Shown here: positions 28,506-37,531 of the stretch, piece after piece
How positions within the stretch are numbered: position 1 is the stretch's first letter
How the letters are laid out: each line of letters starts with the position of its first letter
Origin: a virus
Reading direction: 5' to 3' (one strand)
IMG/VR virus record: IMGVR_UViG_3300021963_000027
Location: 96,001 to 160,000 of that record
Length of the DNA: 64,000 nt
Position numbers and translations under genes: made by a program
Notes under the pieces: model-generated
What the model was told of the DNA's origin: nothing
Databases searched by the model: none
The model's input: only the letters and a program-made list of their open reading frames with translations

Positions 28506-28529
28506 TTAGATATCGAATGTCCTAAATAG
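28506..28529 (+). repeat. Degenerate duplicate of the ExoI-coding sequence
   Basis: TTAGATATCGAATGTCCT (LDIECP) repeats CTAGACATCGAGTGTCCA at 28437-28454, in the same frame. Confidence 0.8.
28523..28528 (+). promoter_or_regulatory. Late promoter core TAAATA for the HNH gene
   Basis: N5 to ATG(28534). Confidence 0.6.
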
Positions 28530-28533
28530 TAAT

Positions 28534-29406
28534 ATGGACTATCAATATCAATACGATAATTTAATCAAAACATATAAAAATCGCGAATCAGAAGTAATTA
28601 AAGATTATTATGAGACACATCATATAACTCCTATCTGTAAGGGTGGGAATAATGATATTACTAATTTAGTGAAATTATCTGCTAAAGCACATTATGTCGC
28701 ACACCATTTATTATGTATGATATATCCCAACGACTACCAGTTAGCATGTGCGTTCAACGGTATGTGCGCTAAAAATACAAAAAATAGTAAAAGGGAATAT
28801 TCTGCAAGAATGTACCAAACAGCGAGAAAACATTTTTCTAAAAATCACCCGTGTAAACGACCTGAAATTAAACAGAAATCTGCTGAAACTCGTAACAAAA
28901 ACTATGAGATAAATAAGAAAAAAAGATCAGAAAAGACGATTATTAGCTTAATCAATAAATATAATGAATCGGGTATTAATCATGATGGGGGATATTTGAG
29001 GTGTGAAAATTGTAATAATAAAATACCTCATGATCATAAAAGATTTTGTGGTAAGCTGTGTCACGATATTTTTCAAACTAAAAACTTTCATAGAAGTGAT
29101 ATCCAACACCAAAAGATGGTTGAAAACATTAATAAATATTTCACCAATCTACCAGAAGATAAATTGAAAAAACATCTTGAAAATTCTATTCACTCTGATA
29201 AAGTTGATCATGTTAAACGAGGTTTAGAAATTTCAAAAGCTAAAAAAGGTAAATCGACAAATCAAAATGAAATTATGGGTAAGAGATTTGCCGTAATGAG
29301 TGATTCAGAATTCGACAAACATTTAGAAACATTATCACCTTGGGTACATACTAGATTTAAAAAATTGAGAGAAAAATGGAAAAACATATTACAGTCGGAG
29401 AGTTGA
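28534..29406 (+). mobile_element. Free-standing HNH homing endonuclease inside the DNA polymerase gene
   Basis: YYETHHITPICKGGNNDITNLVKLSAKAHYVAHHLL; CENC..FCGKLC. Confidence 0.9.
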
Positions 29407-31664
29407 GGTCATATATTGGCGAATATGAGGTTTGGGATGAAGAACGTGGTAGATGGGTTGATATCACTGATTCGTGTTACTTGAAAAAAGGTGGTTTTCC
29501 AGAACCAGAAACAGCAGAAGCAGTGATAAATCTGATCACTGTGTTCGATTCATTTTCTAAAATGTATCATGTCTTCGGTCTGAAGAATTACCACACAACC
29601 AGAGATGATGTTCGATATTATTTTTGTAAATCAGAAGAAGATTTGCTCAAATCATTTATCAAGTATTTCAGAAAAGAGGGATTTGATGTGATTAGTGGAT
29701 GGAACATAGCAGGATTCGATATCCCATACTTGATCAACAGAATCACATTTGAATTGGGAGAAGAATGGGCGAAGAAATTGTCACCAATTGAAAGGATTTA
29801 CGAAAAGACAAATCCAAATGGTAAATTTGGAATGCCTACCAAGGAGTATGTGATCGAAGGAATTTCTATTTTGGATTATTATGTGATGTATATGAAATTC
29901 AGCTTAGAGAAGCAAGAATCATACAAGTTGGATAATATCGGAGAAGTTGAATTAGGTATCAATAAAATTCAGCATGAAGGTAATCTATGGGAATTGGCTA
30001 AAAAAGATTGGTATACCTACACTGATTACAACATTCGCGATGTGGAAATTTGTGTTAAATTAGACGAGAAAAAGGGATACATCAATCTTCTTCGATTCCT
30101 CGCATACACGGGACTATGTGATTTGGAAAATGCTATCAAAACAGTCCCACCAATGAACGGTGCTATCGCTATTCGTGCGCGTATGCGCGGAGAGTATATC
30201 CCCACGTTTATTCGTCCTGTGACCGATTTCAAAGCACCTGGAGGTTATGTGGCAGAACCAAGAGTAGGGTTCGCTGAGAATATCGTGTCATTTGATGCCA
30301 ACTCTCTGTATCCATCAGTCATGATTTCGCTCAATCTCTCTCCTGAGACTAAAATCGGTAGAGTTGAAAAGGATGGTGATAAAGTGAAAATTCACCATGT
30401 GTCAGGAAGGCTTTTTGATATGACTAAAGAAAACTTTAAGAAGTTCATGGATGAAGAAAAGGCAGCTTTGACTAAAGCTGGATTTCTATTTTCTCAGAAG
30501 AAACGTGGTCTTGTTCCTGAGTTCTTGGATAACTTGTATTCCAAACGTAAGGAGATGAAGAACAAGATGTTGGAGTCTCGTAAGAAAGGAGATAAAGAAG
30601 GGGAACAGAAATTTGATAGTATTCAATACGCTTATAAAATCCACCTTAACTCTCTCTATGGTTACATGCTCAACAAATATGCTCCCCTTGGTGATGAGGA
30701 TATTGGAACATCTGTGACATTGACAGGTCAAGCAGTTATTAAGAAAAGTAATGATTTGTTCATGGAATACCTATCACAGTATTTCGATAATAAAGAAGAA
30801 ATCGAGAAATCTCTGATATACAATGATACTGATAGCTTCTACACTTCTTTGAAGATATTCGAAAAGATTGGATATGTCTTAAAAGATGGGGATAAAGTTT
30901 CTGATAAATTTTATGGTTTGTGTCAAGATGTTGAAGACTTCGTAAATGACGGAATCACAAAGTGGGCTAAACAGAATTTGAAAAGTATTGACCCAAGATT
31001 CGTGTTTAAGAGAGAAAGCATCTGCGATAGTGGTATTTTCATTGGTAAAAAATATTACGCTCTTCATAAATTGGATGAGGAGGGTGTCGTGATGAATAAA
31101 TTCAAATATATCGGAGTCGATGTAGTGAAAACCACGATGCCTAAGAAAGTGAAACCATATGTCAAGAAAGTCATTGAACACATGATCATGACTCAATCCT
31201 TAAAAGAAACCAACGATTTATTCAACGAAGCATATGAAGAATTTAAGAAATTACCCATCACAGATATTGCCAAGATTTCTGGTATGAATAATTACTCGGA
31301 ATATTCAGCAAGATGTAATGGTATGAATACTGTAAAGGGGATGCCGAGTCACTTGAAAGCTGCTTATTATCACGATTTGATCGTTGAACAGAATGGATGG
31401 ACATCCAAATATGATAAATTCAAATCAGGGGATAAAGTGAAAATGGTATATATCAAGAAACCAAACAAATATAATTTGGAGATGATTGGATTCAAAGGAG
31501 AATGGCAGACTGAATTTGATGATATCTTCACAGTTGATTATGAGAAAATGTTTGGTAAGGTATTCTACGCTGCAATTGAGAGATTCTACGAAGCAGTCGG
31601 ATGGAAACTTAGAAAACCATCAGAGAATCTCACGGTGGAATTGGAAGATTTGTTTGGAGAGTAA
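29376..31664 (+). CDS. Family B DNA polymerase (gp43), C-terminal fragment
   Basis: GFPEP, GWNIAGFDIPY (ExoII), YNIRD (ExoIII), FDANSLYPS, KIHLNSLYG, YNDTDS, KKYY. Confidence 0.95.
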   Translation: MEKHITVGELRSYIGEYEVWDEERGRWVDITDSCYLKKGGFPEPETAEAVINLITVFDSFSKMYHVFGLKNYHTTRDDVRYYFCKSEEDLLKSFIKYFRKEGFDVISGWNIAGFDIPYLINRITFELGEEWAKKLSPIERIYEKTNPNGKFGMPTKEYVIEGISILDYYVMYMKFSLEKQESYKLDNIGEVELGINKIQHEGNLWELAKKDWYTYTDYNIRDVEICVKLDEKKGYINLLRFLAYTGLCDLENAIKTVPPMNGAIAIRARMRGEYIPTFIRPVTDFKAPGGYVAEPRVGFAENIVSFDANSLYPSVMISLNLSPETKIGRVEKDGDKVKIHHVSGRLFDMTKENFKKFMDEEKAALTKAGFLFSQKKRGLVPEFLDNLYSKRKEMKNKMLESRKKGDKEGEQKFDSIQYAYKIHLNSLYGYMLNKYAPLGDEDIGTSVTLTGQAVIKKSNDLFMEYLSQYFDNKEEIEKSLIYNDTDSFYTSLKIFEKIGYVLKDGDKVSDKFYGLCQDVEDFVNDGITKWAKQNLKSIDPRFVFKRESICDSGIFIGKKYYALHKLDEEGVVMNKFKYIGVDVVKTTMPKKVKPYVKKVIEHMIMTQSLKETNDLFNEAYEEFKKLPITDIAKISGMNNYSEYSARCNGMNTVKGMPSHLKAAYYHDLIVEQNGWTSKYDKFKSGDKVKMVYIKKPNKYNLEMIGFKGEWQTEFDDIFTVDYEKMFGKVFYAAIERFYEAVGWKLRKPSENLTVELEDLFGE

Positions 31665-31671
31665 TATCTAT

Positions 31672-31677
31672 TAAGTA
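31672..31677 (+). promoter_or_regulatory. Late promoter variant TAAGTA
   Basis: N5 to ATG(31683). Confidence 0.5.
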
Positions 31678-31682
31678 ATAAT

Positions 31683-32048
31683 ATGCAATTTACAATTTTA
31701 TTCGAAAAACTTTTAAACGAACTTGTTGATACTCTTTTTCCCACCTTTGTCACTAAAAGAGCAGAGGGAGCAAAGAAAATAGAAGAATCTGCGAGAAAAA
31801 AAGGTTCTTTCGCCATCTTAACAGCTTACCACTTCGCTGGTAAGGTGAAACCATATGCTGATGCTTTGCGAAAAGCTAAGAAAGATGACAAAGAATCCCA
31901 TTTCAAAGCGAAATATAAAGAAGCCTATGCCAAACTCAAAGATCTGGATTCTCTTTCGCAAAAAGAATTTCAAATGATCACGGGAACTCTTGAAGCATAC
32001 GGTGAAGTTTACATTCAAGCAAAACATCCGAAAGATTATTCGAAATAA
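31683..32048 (+). CDS. Hypothetical protein, putative head-packaged
   Basis: MQFTILFEKLLNE leader. Confidence 0.7.
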   Translation: MQFTILFEKLLNELVDTLFPTFVTKRAEGAKKIEESARKKGSFAILTAYHFAGKVKPYADALRKAKKDDKESHFKAKYKEAYAKLKDLDSLSQKEFQMITGTLEAYGEVYIQAKHPKDYSK

Positions 32049-32114
32049 TACTTGCATTTCCCTGTAAATGGGGTAGATATTGTTATCAGGCACAACACTC
32101 TGATTTATACACAA

Positions 32115-32345
32115 ATGAACACAAACAAAAACGCATACGAAATAAGGCTCGATATTTTGAGCATCGCCCATAGTGACCTCATGAATATTTTTCATGAGAA
32201 ATTACACAACGCCAAAAAGAAAATGATTGGCAACGATTGGACAGAAGAAAAAATTGATGAAAAAATCATCTCTGATCTTCTTCCAAAAACAGAAGACGTT
32301 ATTAAACGCGCTAAAGAACTTTATGCATTTGTAGAAAATGCATAA
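32115..32345 (+). CDS. Small hypothetical protein
   Basis: MNTNKNAYEIRLDIL...RAKELYAFV. Confidence 0.65.
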   Translation: MNTNKNAYEIRLDILSIAHSDLMNIFHEKLHNAKKKMIGNDWTEEKIDEKIISDLLPKTEDVIKRAKELYAFVENA

Positions 32346-32438
32346 TTAAGATTGTGATCAGTCGCTCTGATCTGATCTGGAATAAGCAGGAGGAAGTCCA
32401 GTGAGAATGATGATAAACCCTGCACAAATTTATTAATT

Positions 32439-32690
32439 ATGACAATACAAGAGGCATATAATAAAGGTTTAGATGATGCAGAGAATCGAATTATCGAAAA
32501 TTTCATCAATCTATTAAACGATAAGGAATATAATGTAGAATTCCCAAACCCAAAGTTGGAAATTGTTCGTAAAGTAATTAAAGAACGATCCGATTATTTC
32601 TTTAAGATGGCAGAAGGAAAACACGGAGTAGCATTAGGATTCCAGAAAAAAATACAAAACAACAAATTAGAACTTGAAAAAGCAAAATAA
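32439..32690 (+). CDS. Hypothetical protein
   Basis: 83-aa ORF. Confidence 0.65.
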   Translation: MTIQEAYNKGLDDAENRIIENFINLLNDKEYNVEFPNPKLEIVRKVIKERSDYFFKMAEGKHGVALGFQKKIQNNKLELEKAK

Positions 32691-32711
32691 TCTATTAAAA
32701 TACAAAAACAT

Positions 32712-33062
32712 ATGAAAGAAAAACACGTAGCAATCATTGACCAAATCGGACGTAACATCATCGGTAAACTCGTAGGTGAAACGGAAACCACACTGACACT
32801 TAACAACCCAGTCATTCTATTCGTTCAACCAGAACAAACAGGACAGATTCAAGTTCAGAGCTTTCCAGTATTCTTCTTTGAATTTATTAACAAGGAATTC
32901 CGTGGTCAGAATAATTGGACATACAACAAAGCTAATGTCGTGACAAGTGATGTGGTTTTGGATGATAGAATTTTGCTTCAATATGAGAAGATTAATACTC
33001 CTCCTGTTGAACAAAATGCACCAACATCCTCACCTAAAGTTATTTCGATTGACGATCTATAA
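32712..33062 (+). CDS. Hypothetical protein, possibly Sm-like fold
   Basis: IIGKLVGETETTLTLNNP beta-strand pattern. Confidence 0.55.
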   Translation: MKEKHVAIIDQIGRNIIGKLVGETETTLTLNNPVILFVQPEQTGQIQVQSFPVFFFEFINKEFRGQNNWTYNKANVVTSDVVLDDRILLQYEKINTPPVEQNAPTSSPKVISIDDL

Positions 33063-33063
33063 T

Positions 33064-33282
33064 ATGTCACCAGAACAATTTACATATTGGTTGAAGGGAT
33101 TTTTCGAAATCTCTGATACCAATAATTTAAGTGAGAAACAAGTTCAGATCATTCGTGATCATTTGGATTTTGTTTTCAATAAAGTGACACCTGAGAGAAG
33201 TAAAAAACCGAATTATGCGGAATTATTTGATTCCATTGTGAAACCCAAATTCCCAATTTCAAAACCTGATTTATATTGTTAA
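33064..33282 (+). CDS. Small phage hypothetical protein
   Basis: MSPEQFTYWLKGFFE...IRDHLDFVFNKVTP. Confidence 0.65.
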   Translation: MSPEQFTYWLKGFFEISDTNNLSEKQVQIIRDHLDFVFNKVTPERSKKPNYAELFDSIVKPKFPISKPDLYC

Positions 33283-33285
33283 TAT

Positions 33286-34404
33286 ATGGAAAAAATAGAT
33301 AAAGATATTTTAGCGTCTTTGAACGCTTTGGATGATGTAGTGCCATACTCAGCATATCTGAGTGATTCAACTCTTTCCAGTGTAAATGACTGGATTGATA
33401 CGGGGAGTATGGTTCTCAATGCTCTGATTTCTGGTTCGTTGTATGGTGGTATTCCAAATGGACGTATCACACAATTAGCAGGACCATCAGGTGCATTTAA
33501 AACGGGACTTGTAATGCAAATTCTGGCAAATGCTCAAAAGAAAGGCTTGATCCCTGTCATTTTTGACACGGAAGGTGCAATTGATCCTGAGTCTGCTGCT
33601 AAATTTGGTTTGGATATTACCAAAGTCAAATATGTCGGATGTGAATCAGTGGAGCAAACACGAAATGCGATCTACAAATTCCTGAAGAGTGTTCGAGAGA
33701 AGAAACAATTCGGTAAATTTATTATCGCTATTGATTCTCTTGCGAACTTGAACTCAGAAATGGAACTGACTCGTATGGATAAGGATTCCATGTCTGCTGA
33801 TATGGGAACATTTGCAAAATCTGTTAAGAGTCTGTTGAAGACATGCACCAACATGTCAACTCTCACCAAGACTCCTATTCTGATTACTAACCATGTCTAT
33901 GACGATCCGAGTGCAATGTATCCATCTCTTGAGAAGAATATGCCAGGTGGTAAAGCAGCAGTGTATCTACCCTCTGTCACTATTCAACTTGCTAGAAAAT
34001 TGGTAAAAGATGCTGATAATAAGCAAGTTAGTGATAAATTGGCTGCATCGCAGAAGAATTATTCAGGTGTTGTTATCCGTGCTTTGACAGTTAAGAATCG
34101 CTTTATCAAGCAATACCTTGAAGGTGAGTTCTATCTGTCCTTTAGCAAGGGGTTGGATAAGTATTACGGCTTGCTTGATATCATGAAAGGTATGGGAGTA
34201 GTCGATAATTCAGGTTCTTCCTATACCGATTGGACAGGAGACAAGCTTGGATACTATAAAGTATGGAGTAAAGATATTGGTCTATGGGAAAATAAATTGC
34301 TTCCCGAACTTGAGAAACGAATCAAAGAGCATTGGGCTTATGGCTCATCTCCTGATGACGATAATCTGATCGAATTGGAAGAAGATAACGAGATTGATGG
34401 ATAA
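33286..34404 (+). CDS. uvsX: RecA-like recombinase (UvsX)
   Basis: WIDTGS, GPSGAFKT, FDTEGA, IDSL, NHVY, GG. Confidence 0.92.
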   Translation: MEKIDKDILASLNALDDVVPYSAYLSDSTLSSVNDWIDTGSMVLNALISGSLYGGIPNGRITQLAGPSGAFKTGLVMQILANAQKKGLIPVIFDTEGAIDPESAAKFGLDITKVKYVGCESVEQTRNAIYKFLKSVREKKQFGKFIIAIDSLANLNSEMELTRMDKDSMSADMGTFAKSVKSLLKTCTNMSTLTKTPILITNHVYDDPSAMYPSLEKNMPGGKAAVYLPSVTIQLARKLVKDADNKQVSDKLAASQKNYSGVVIRALTVKNRFIKQYLEGEFYLSFSKGLDKYYGLLDIMKGMGVVDNSGSSYTDWTGDKLGYYKVWSKDIGLWENKLLPELEKRIKEHWAYGSSPDDDNLIELEEDNEIDG

Positions 34405-34417
34405 AACAATTTCAATT

Positions 34418-34445
34418 AATGCCACTGAGTTTTCTCAGTGGCATT
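34418..34445. terminator. Probable bidirectional terminator
   Basis: Perfect 12-bp stem AATGCCACTGAG-TTTT-CTCAGTGGCATT between convergent genes. Confidence 0.8.
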
Positions 34446-34469
34446 TCACTTGTAATCATTTTATGAACC

Positions 34470-35111
34470 TCAATCACTATTAAGATTATCTTTCGGATAA
34501 GGCATTGGTTTATGCTTTAGTTCCCTTATTATCTTTTTACGATCTTTTTTATGTAAAATATAAATATATCTATGTTTTTTCTTAATTTTAACCCGTTCAT
34601 AGTTAGGGTCAATTTTGAGAAGTTCTTCAGTTTTAATTGTTTTATATACAACACAAACACTTCTTGGGTTTGTAAGTTTTCCATGTATTTTGTGTAGATA
34701 TCCATTTCCAGTCGCGATTTTATTACCTTGATACAACCAATTTGTCGCTTGGTAGATAATGCCTAAATGATTATATGTTGCGTCAGAATAACTGATTAAA
34801 ACTTTAATATCAGTATTTTTTCTCAACCAATCAAAAGTTTTACCTATAAAATAGCTTTCACTATTTTTTGGTGCTTCGTCTACGAGCCATAATCTTTTTA
34901 ATTCTAAAACATCTTTATTCTCTAAATTGGGTGTGATGGATTTGACAGTTTGCCTCCCAACAGGGAAACCATACACTGCAACACCTATTAAATTTTCCCC
35001 GTCGAATAATCCCAACGTGTATCTAGAAGGTGTCCATGCGTGTGAATAATGATTTTCTTTTATTAGCTTTTTAGCTAATTCTTTATCTATCAAATCTATC
35101 GTGTAATCCAT
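34470..35111 (-). CDS. Mom-family (GNAT-fold) adenine modification enzyme
   Basis: NHYS, IGVAVYG, LELKRL, PKNSESYFI, ISYSD...HLGIIYQATNW.Y.G. Confidence 0.8.
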   Translation of the reverse strand: MDYTIDLIDKELAKKLIKENHYSHAWTPSRYTLGLFDGENLIGVAVYGFPVGRQTVKSITPNLENKDVLELKRLWLVDEAPKNSESYFIGKTFDWLRKNTDIKVLISYSDATYNHLGIIYQATNWLYQGNKIATGNGYLHKIHGKLTNPRSVCVVYKTIKTEELLKIDPNYERVKIKKKHRYIYILHKKDRKKIIRELKHKPMPYPKDNLNSD

Positions 35112-35119
35112 AATTCGAT

Positions 35120-36754
35120 TTATTGCTCATTTAGCCATAACCAATGAGCATAATTTTTAGGCTTTTTAAACCCTCGATCAACGAATTTACCTGTATTATC
35201 TGAGAATCCGTCTTTATAGACTTGTTCTGTCATGTAACTCATAACATTTTCCTCATCTTCGGGATTATTTTTTTTGAGTTTTTTTAGATATTTGGACACA
35301 GCATTAATTTTTTCGTAATCTGGATCATCGACATCCATCATTTCTCTTAATTTTTCTTCAACTTCTGGTGCTGACAATCCAGCAACTTCATTTTCAATAT
35401 TAATCTTCGGTTTCTTTACACCTTTTTCCTTTAATTTTTTTTCAGCTTCCCATTTCTTAGCTTGTTTTTCGTATTCCCCTTGTCTTATATTTTTAATGTC
35501 TTCTCTAGATTGAGCTTGATCCGCTTTTTCTGCATCTCTTGAGCTTTTAGAAACGATAGTTTGTTGTAAATTGGATGCGCCATTTCTCCATGCTTTTAAA
35601 ATTTCTTTTTCTTCTGGAGTAATATTCCCTTGTTCGATCATATGGTTTAATAAATCATCATCCAATGAATCATAAATGGTTTGATATCTATCTGCTTTTA
35701 ATCCTGCATCATCATCTGTCGATTCAAATTCGTAATTTTGATTGTAATTTTTTAAAACAATATCAGAAACCTTACCCATAACTCTCGGAACAATTTTTTC
35801 AATTTGTTCCTTTGGAATAGGTTGCCCATTTTGGATGGAAATGTTGATACTGTTAAGCATGGATTCAAATACGGATTTATCAACATCCGTTAATCTGTTT
35901 TGTTCATCGGAAAGAAAATCCATTCGACTCATATTTTTGACCAAATCTCTTCTATATTCCACCAAATCTTCAATAGTGTTTTTGAATATTTTCAAATCAA
36001 ACAAATCATCCTTTTTAAGTTGAGTGTCTTGTCTCTCCAATGATCTCTCCGAATGATAAATGGACATGAGAAGACCTTTTGGTATGTTCTTACTTTTTCG
36101 GAGTCTTTGTATAATACCCTTTGCTTTATTTTGAATTTCGTAGAAATTACCTAAATCCATGCCAAGTAGTTCCTCTTTTCGGTTTATCATTCCTGATGCA
36201 AAATTGGAACTACCACCTTTAAAAAGGTGTTTGTTGAAATATGCGTCAATATTAGCATCATCCATTACTTTGCTTGTAAATTTTTTGGATAATGCTTTTT
36301 CTTCATATGCTCTCACCATCAGAGATAACATATAATCTTGTTGTTTAGGAGTGGTGTCTGCCCATTTTCCAGCAAGTTCGGCATATCCTGGTGTGAATTC
36401 TCTCATTCTTTTGTCACCTATTTTAAGCCTTTCAATTCTTTCGTCTGGAGAAATATCTCTGATTGCTAAATTGCGAACATTAGCCTCAAATCCCTTACTT
36501 TTATTAATTCCAATTGCAGCAAGTTCTTCTTTTGAGAGAAAATCGAATAACATACGACTGATATATTCTATTCGTTTATCTGCACGAGTTTTTGGGATAG
36601 GTGAGGCTTTTGGATGCTTTGCCATTTTGTCTTGTAATTCCAAATAGAAGTTCCTGAATTCTGGAAAATTGGTATTCCAGAATTCACTTTTTAGACCCAT
36701 TTCATTCAACATTTGAACTTTCTCCACTAAATAATCGAATCCGTAATTTCTCAT
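35120..36754 (-). CDS. Large hypothetical protein, putative head-packaged
   Basis: Start MRNYGFDYLVEKVQMLNE at 36754 under a late motif. Confidence 0.7.
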   Translation of the reverse strand: MRNYGFDYLVEKVQMLNEMGLKSEFWNTNFPEFRNFYLELQDKMAKHPKASPIPKTRADKRIEYISRMLFDFLSKEELAAIGINKSKGFEANVRNLAIRDISPDERIERLKIGDKRMREFTPGYAELAGKWADTTPKQQDYMLSLMVRAYEEKALSKKFTSKVMDDANIDAYFNKHLFKGGSSNFASGMINRKEELLGMDLGNFYEIQNKAKGIIQRLRKSKNIPKGLLMSIYHSERSLERQDTQLKKDDLFDLKIFKNTIEDLVEYRRDLVKNMSRMDFLSDEQNRLTDVDKSVFESMLNSINISIQNGQPIPKEQIEKIVPRVMGKVSDIVLKNYNQNYEFESTDDDAGLKADRYQTIYDSLDDDLLNHMIEQGNITPEEKEILKAWRNGASNLQQTIVSKSSRDAEKADQAQSREDIKNIRQGEYEKQAKKWEAEKKLKEKGVKKPKINIENEVAGLSAPEVEEKLREMMDVDDPDYEKINAVSKYLKKLKKNNPEDEENVMSYMTEQVYKDGFSDNTGKFVDRGFKKPKNYAHWLWLNEQ

Positions 36755-36758
36755 ACTC

Positions 36759-37481
36759 TTATTTAGTATTGGTTTCTTTTTTTTGTCTACTATTAGGCTC
36801 CCATCTAGGCTCATTCGTATCCATCAACTCAAAAATTTTTTTCCTGTATACTGGATTTAAATCTAAAAAACGTTCAACCATCACTGCCCACATTTCATAG
36901 TAATCTTTCAAACCATAAGAACGAGGAAACTCGATCAATTTTGCTAAATCATCTCTCAACGCTTTATCACTTTTTAATTTTGGATCATTATTTGTTAATT
37001 GACGATAAAATTTTTTAATTGCTGTGAAAAAAGATTCTCCTTTATTAAACATCCAAATATGACCCCACTCATGAATAATTGTTTTTACCAATTGATCATA
37101 AATTTGTTTATTTTTTAATTGTAAACCAAGTAAAAATTTTGTATCGAGGGTGATGTATTTTAAGTCTTTGTAATTCTTATCTTTTCCATATTTTTTCTTT
37201 CGAGGATCACCAAATGCTTCTCCTGCTTCATCTTTATCAGATGATTTCTTAAACACAGCATTCACATGCATTGACTGAAATCCAATTTTGTTGATATGTG
37301 TTTTTGCTTCTTTAAATGCTCTTGCAACTTCATTCCACAATTCCATATTCTTAACATTTTGCACTTTGGAATCTAAAAAAATTGAAAACATTGGAACATC
37401 CAGTTTATGGATAACTTCGGAAGATTTTCGGAATCTACCCTCAGTCAAAACTTTCTCAAATAACTTATCAAATTCGTTCAT
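36759..37481 (-). CDS. Putative zinc metallopeptidase
   Basis: IIHEWGHIW (HExxH), downstream YYEMWAVMVE; leader MNEFDKLFEKVLTE. Confidence 0.6.
   Translation of the reverse strand: MNEFDKLFEKVLTEGRFRKSSEVIHKLDVPMFSIFLDSKVQNVKNMELWNEVARAFKEAKTHINKIGFQSMHVNAVFKKSSDKDEAGEAFGDPRKKKYGKDKNYKDLKYITLDTKFLLGLQLKNKQIYDQLVKTIIHEWGHIWMFNKGESFFTAIKKFYRQLTNNDPKLKSDKALRDDLAKLIEFPRSYGLKDYYEMWAVMVERFLDLNPVYRKKIFELMDTNEPRWEPNSRQKKETNTK
36760..36765 (-). promoter_or_regulatory. Late promoter core TAAATA
   Basis: N5 to ATG(36754). Confidence 0.6.
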
Positions 37482-37486
37482 CTTAA

Positions 37487-37492
37487 TATTTA
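37487..37492 (-). promoter_or_regulatory. Late promoter core TAAATA
   Basis: N5 to ATG(37481). Confidence 0.6.
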
Positions 37493-37531
37493 ATTGATTG
37501 ACACTTATAGTATCCATGTTAAGGTAATCCC

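Noticed and set aside
28500-28532. Amber (TAG) recoding or readthrough joining the polymerase fragments
   Set aside because: Readthrough meets TAG then TAA by 28532, and genes across the window are intact under the standard code.
28503-29375. Group I intron around the HNH gene
   Set aside because: Only about 30 nt precede the ORF, the downstream fragment has its own overlapping ATG, and I saw no P7/P9-type elements. Not fully excluded without RT-PCR.
28455-29490. Split intein flanking the HNH gene (N-fragment tail begins with Cys: CSNYTSDHEVKIRKK)
   Set aside because: The 38 residues before GGFPEP lack the terminal His-Asn/Asn followed by Cys/Ser/Thr, and the total length is far below a minimal intein.
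32388-32410. GGAGGAAGTCC resembling RNase P RNA, or GGAAG..GTGAGAAT resembling a cobalamin riboswitch
   Set aside because: The gap is only about 93 nt and the required partner helices are absent.
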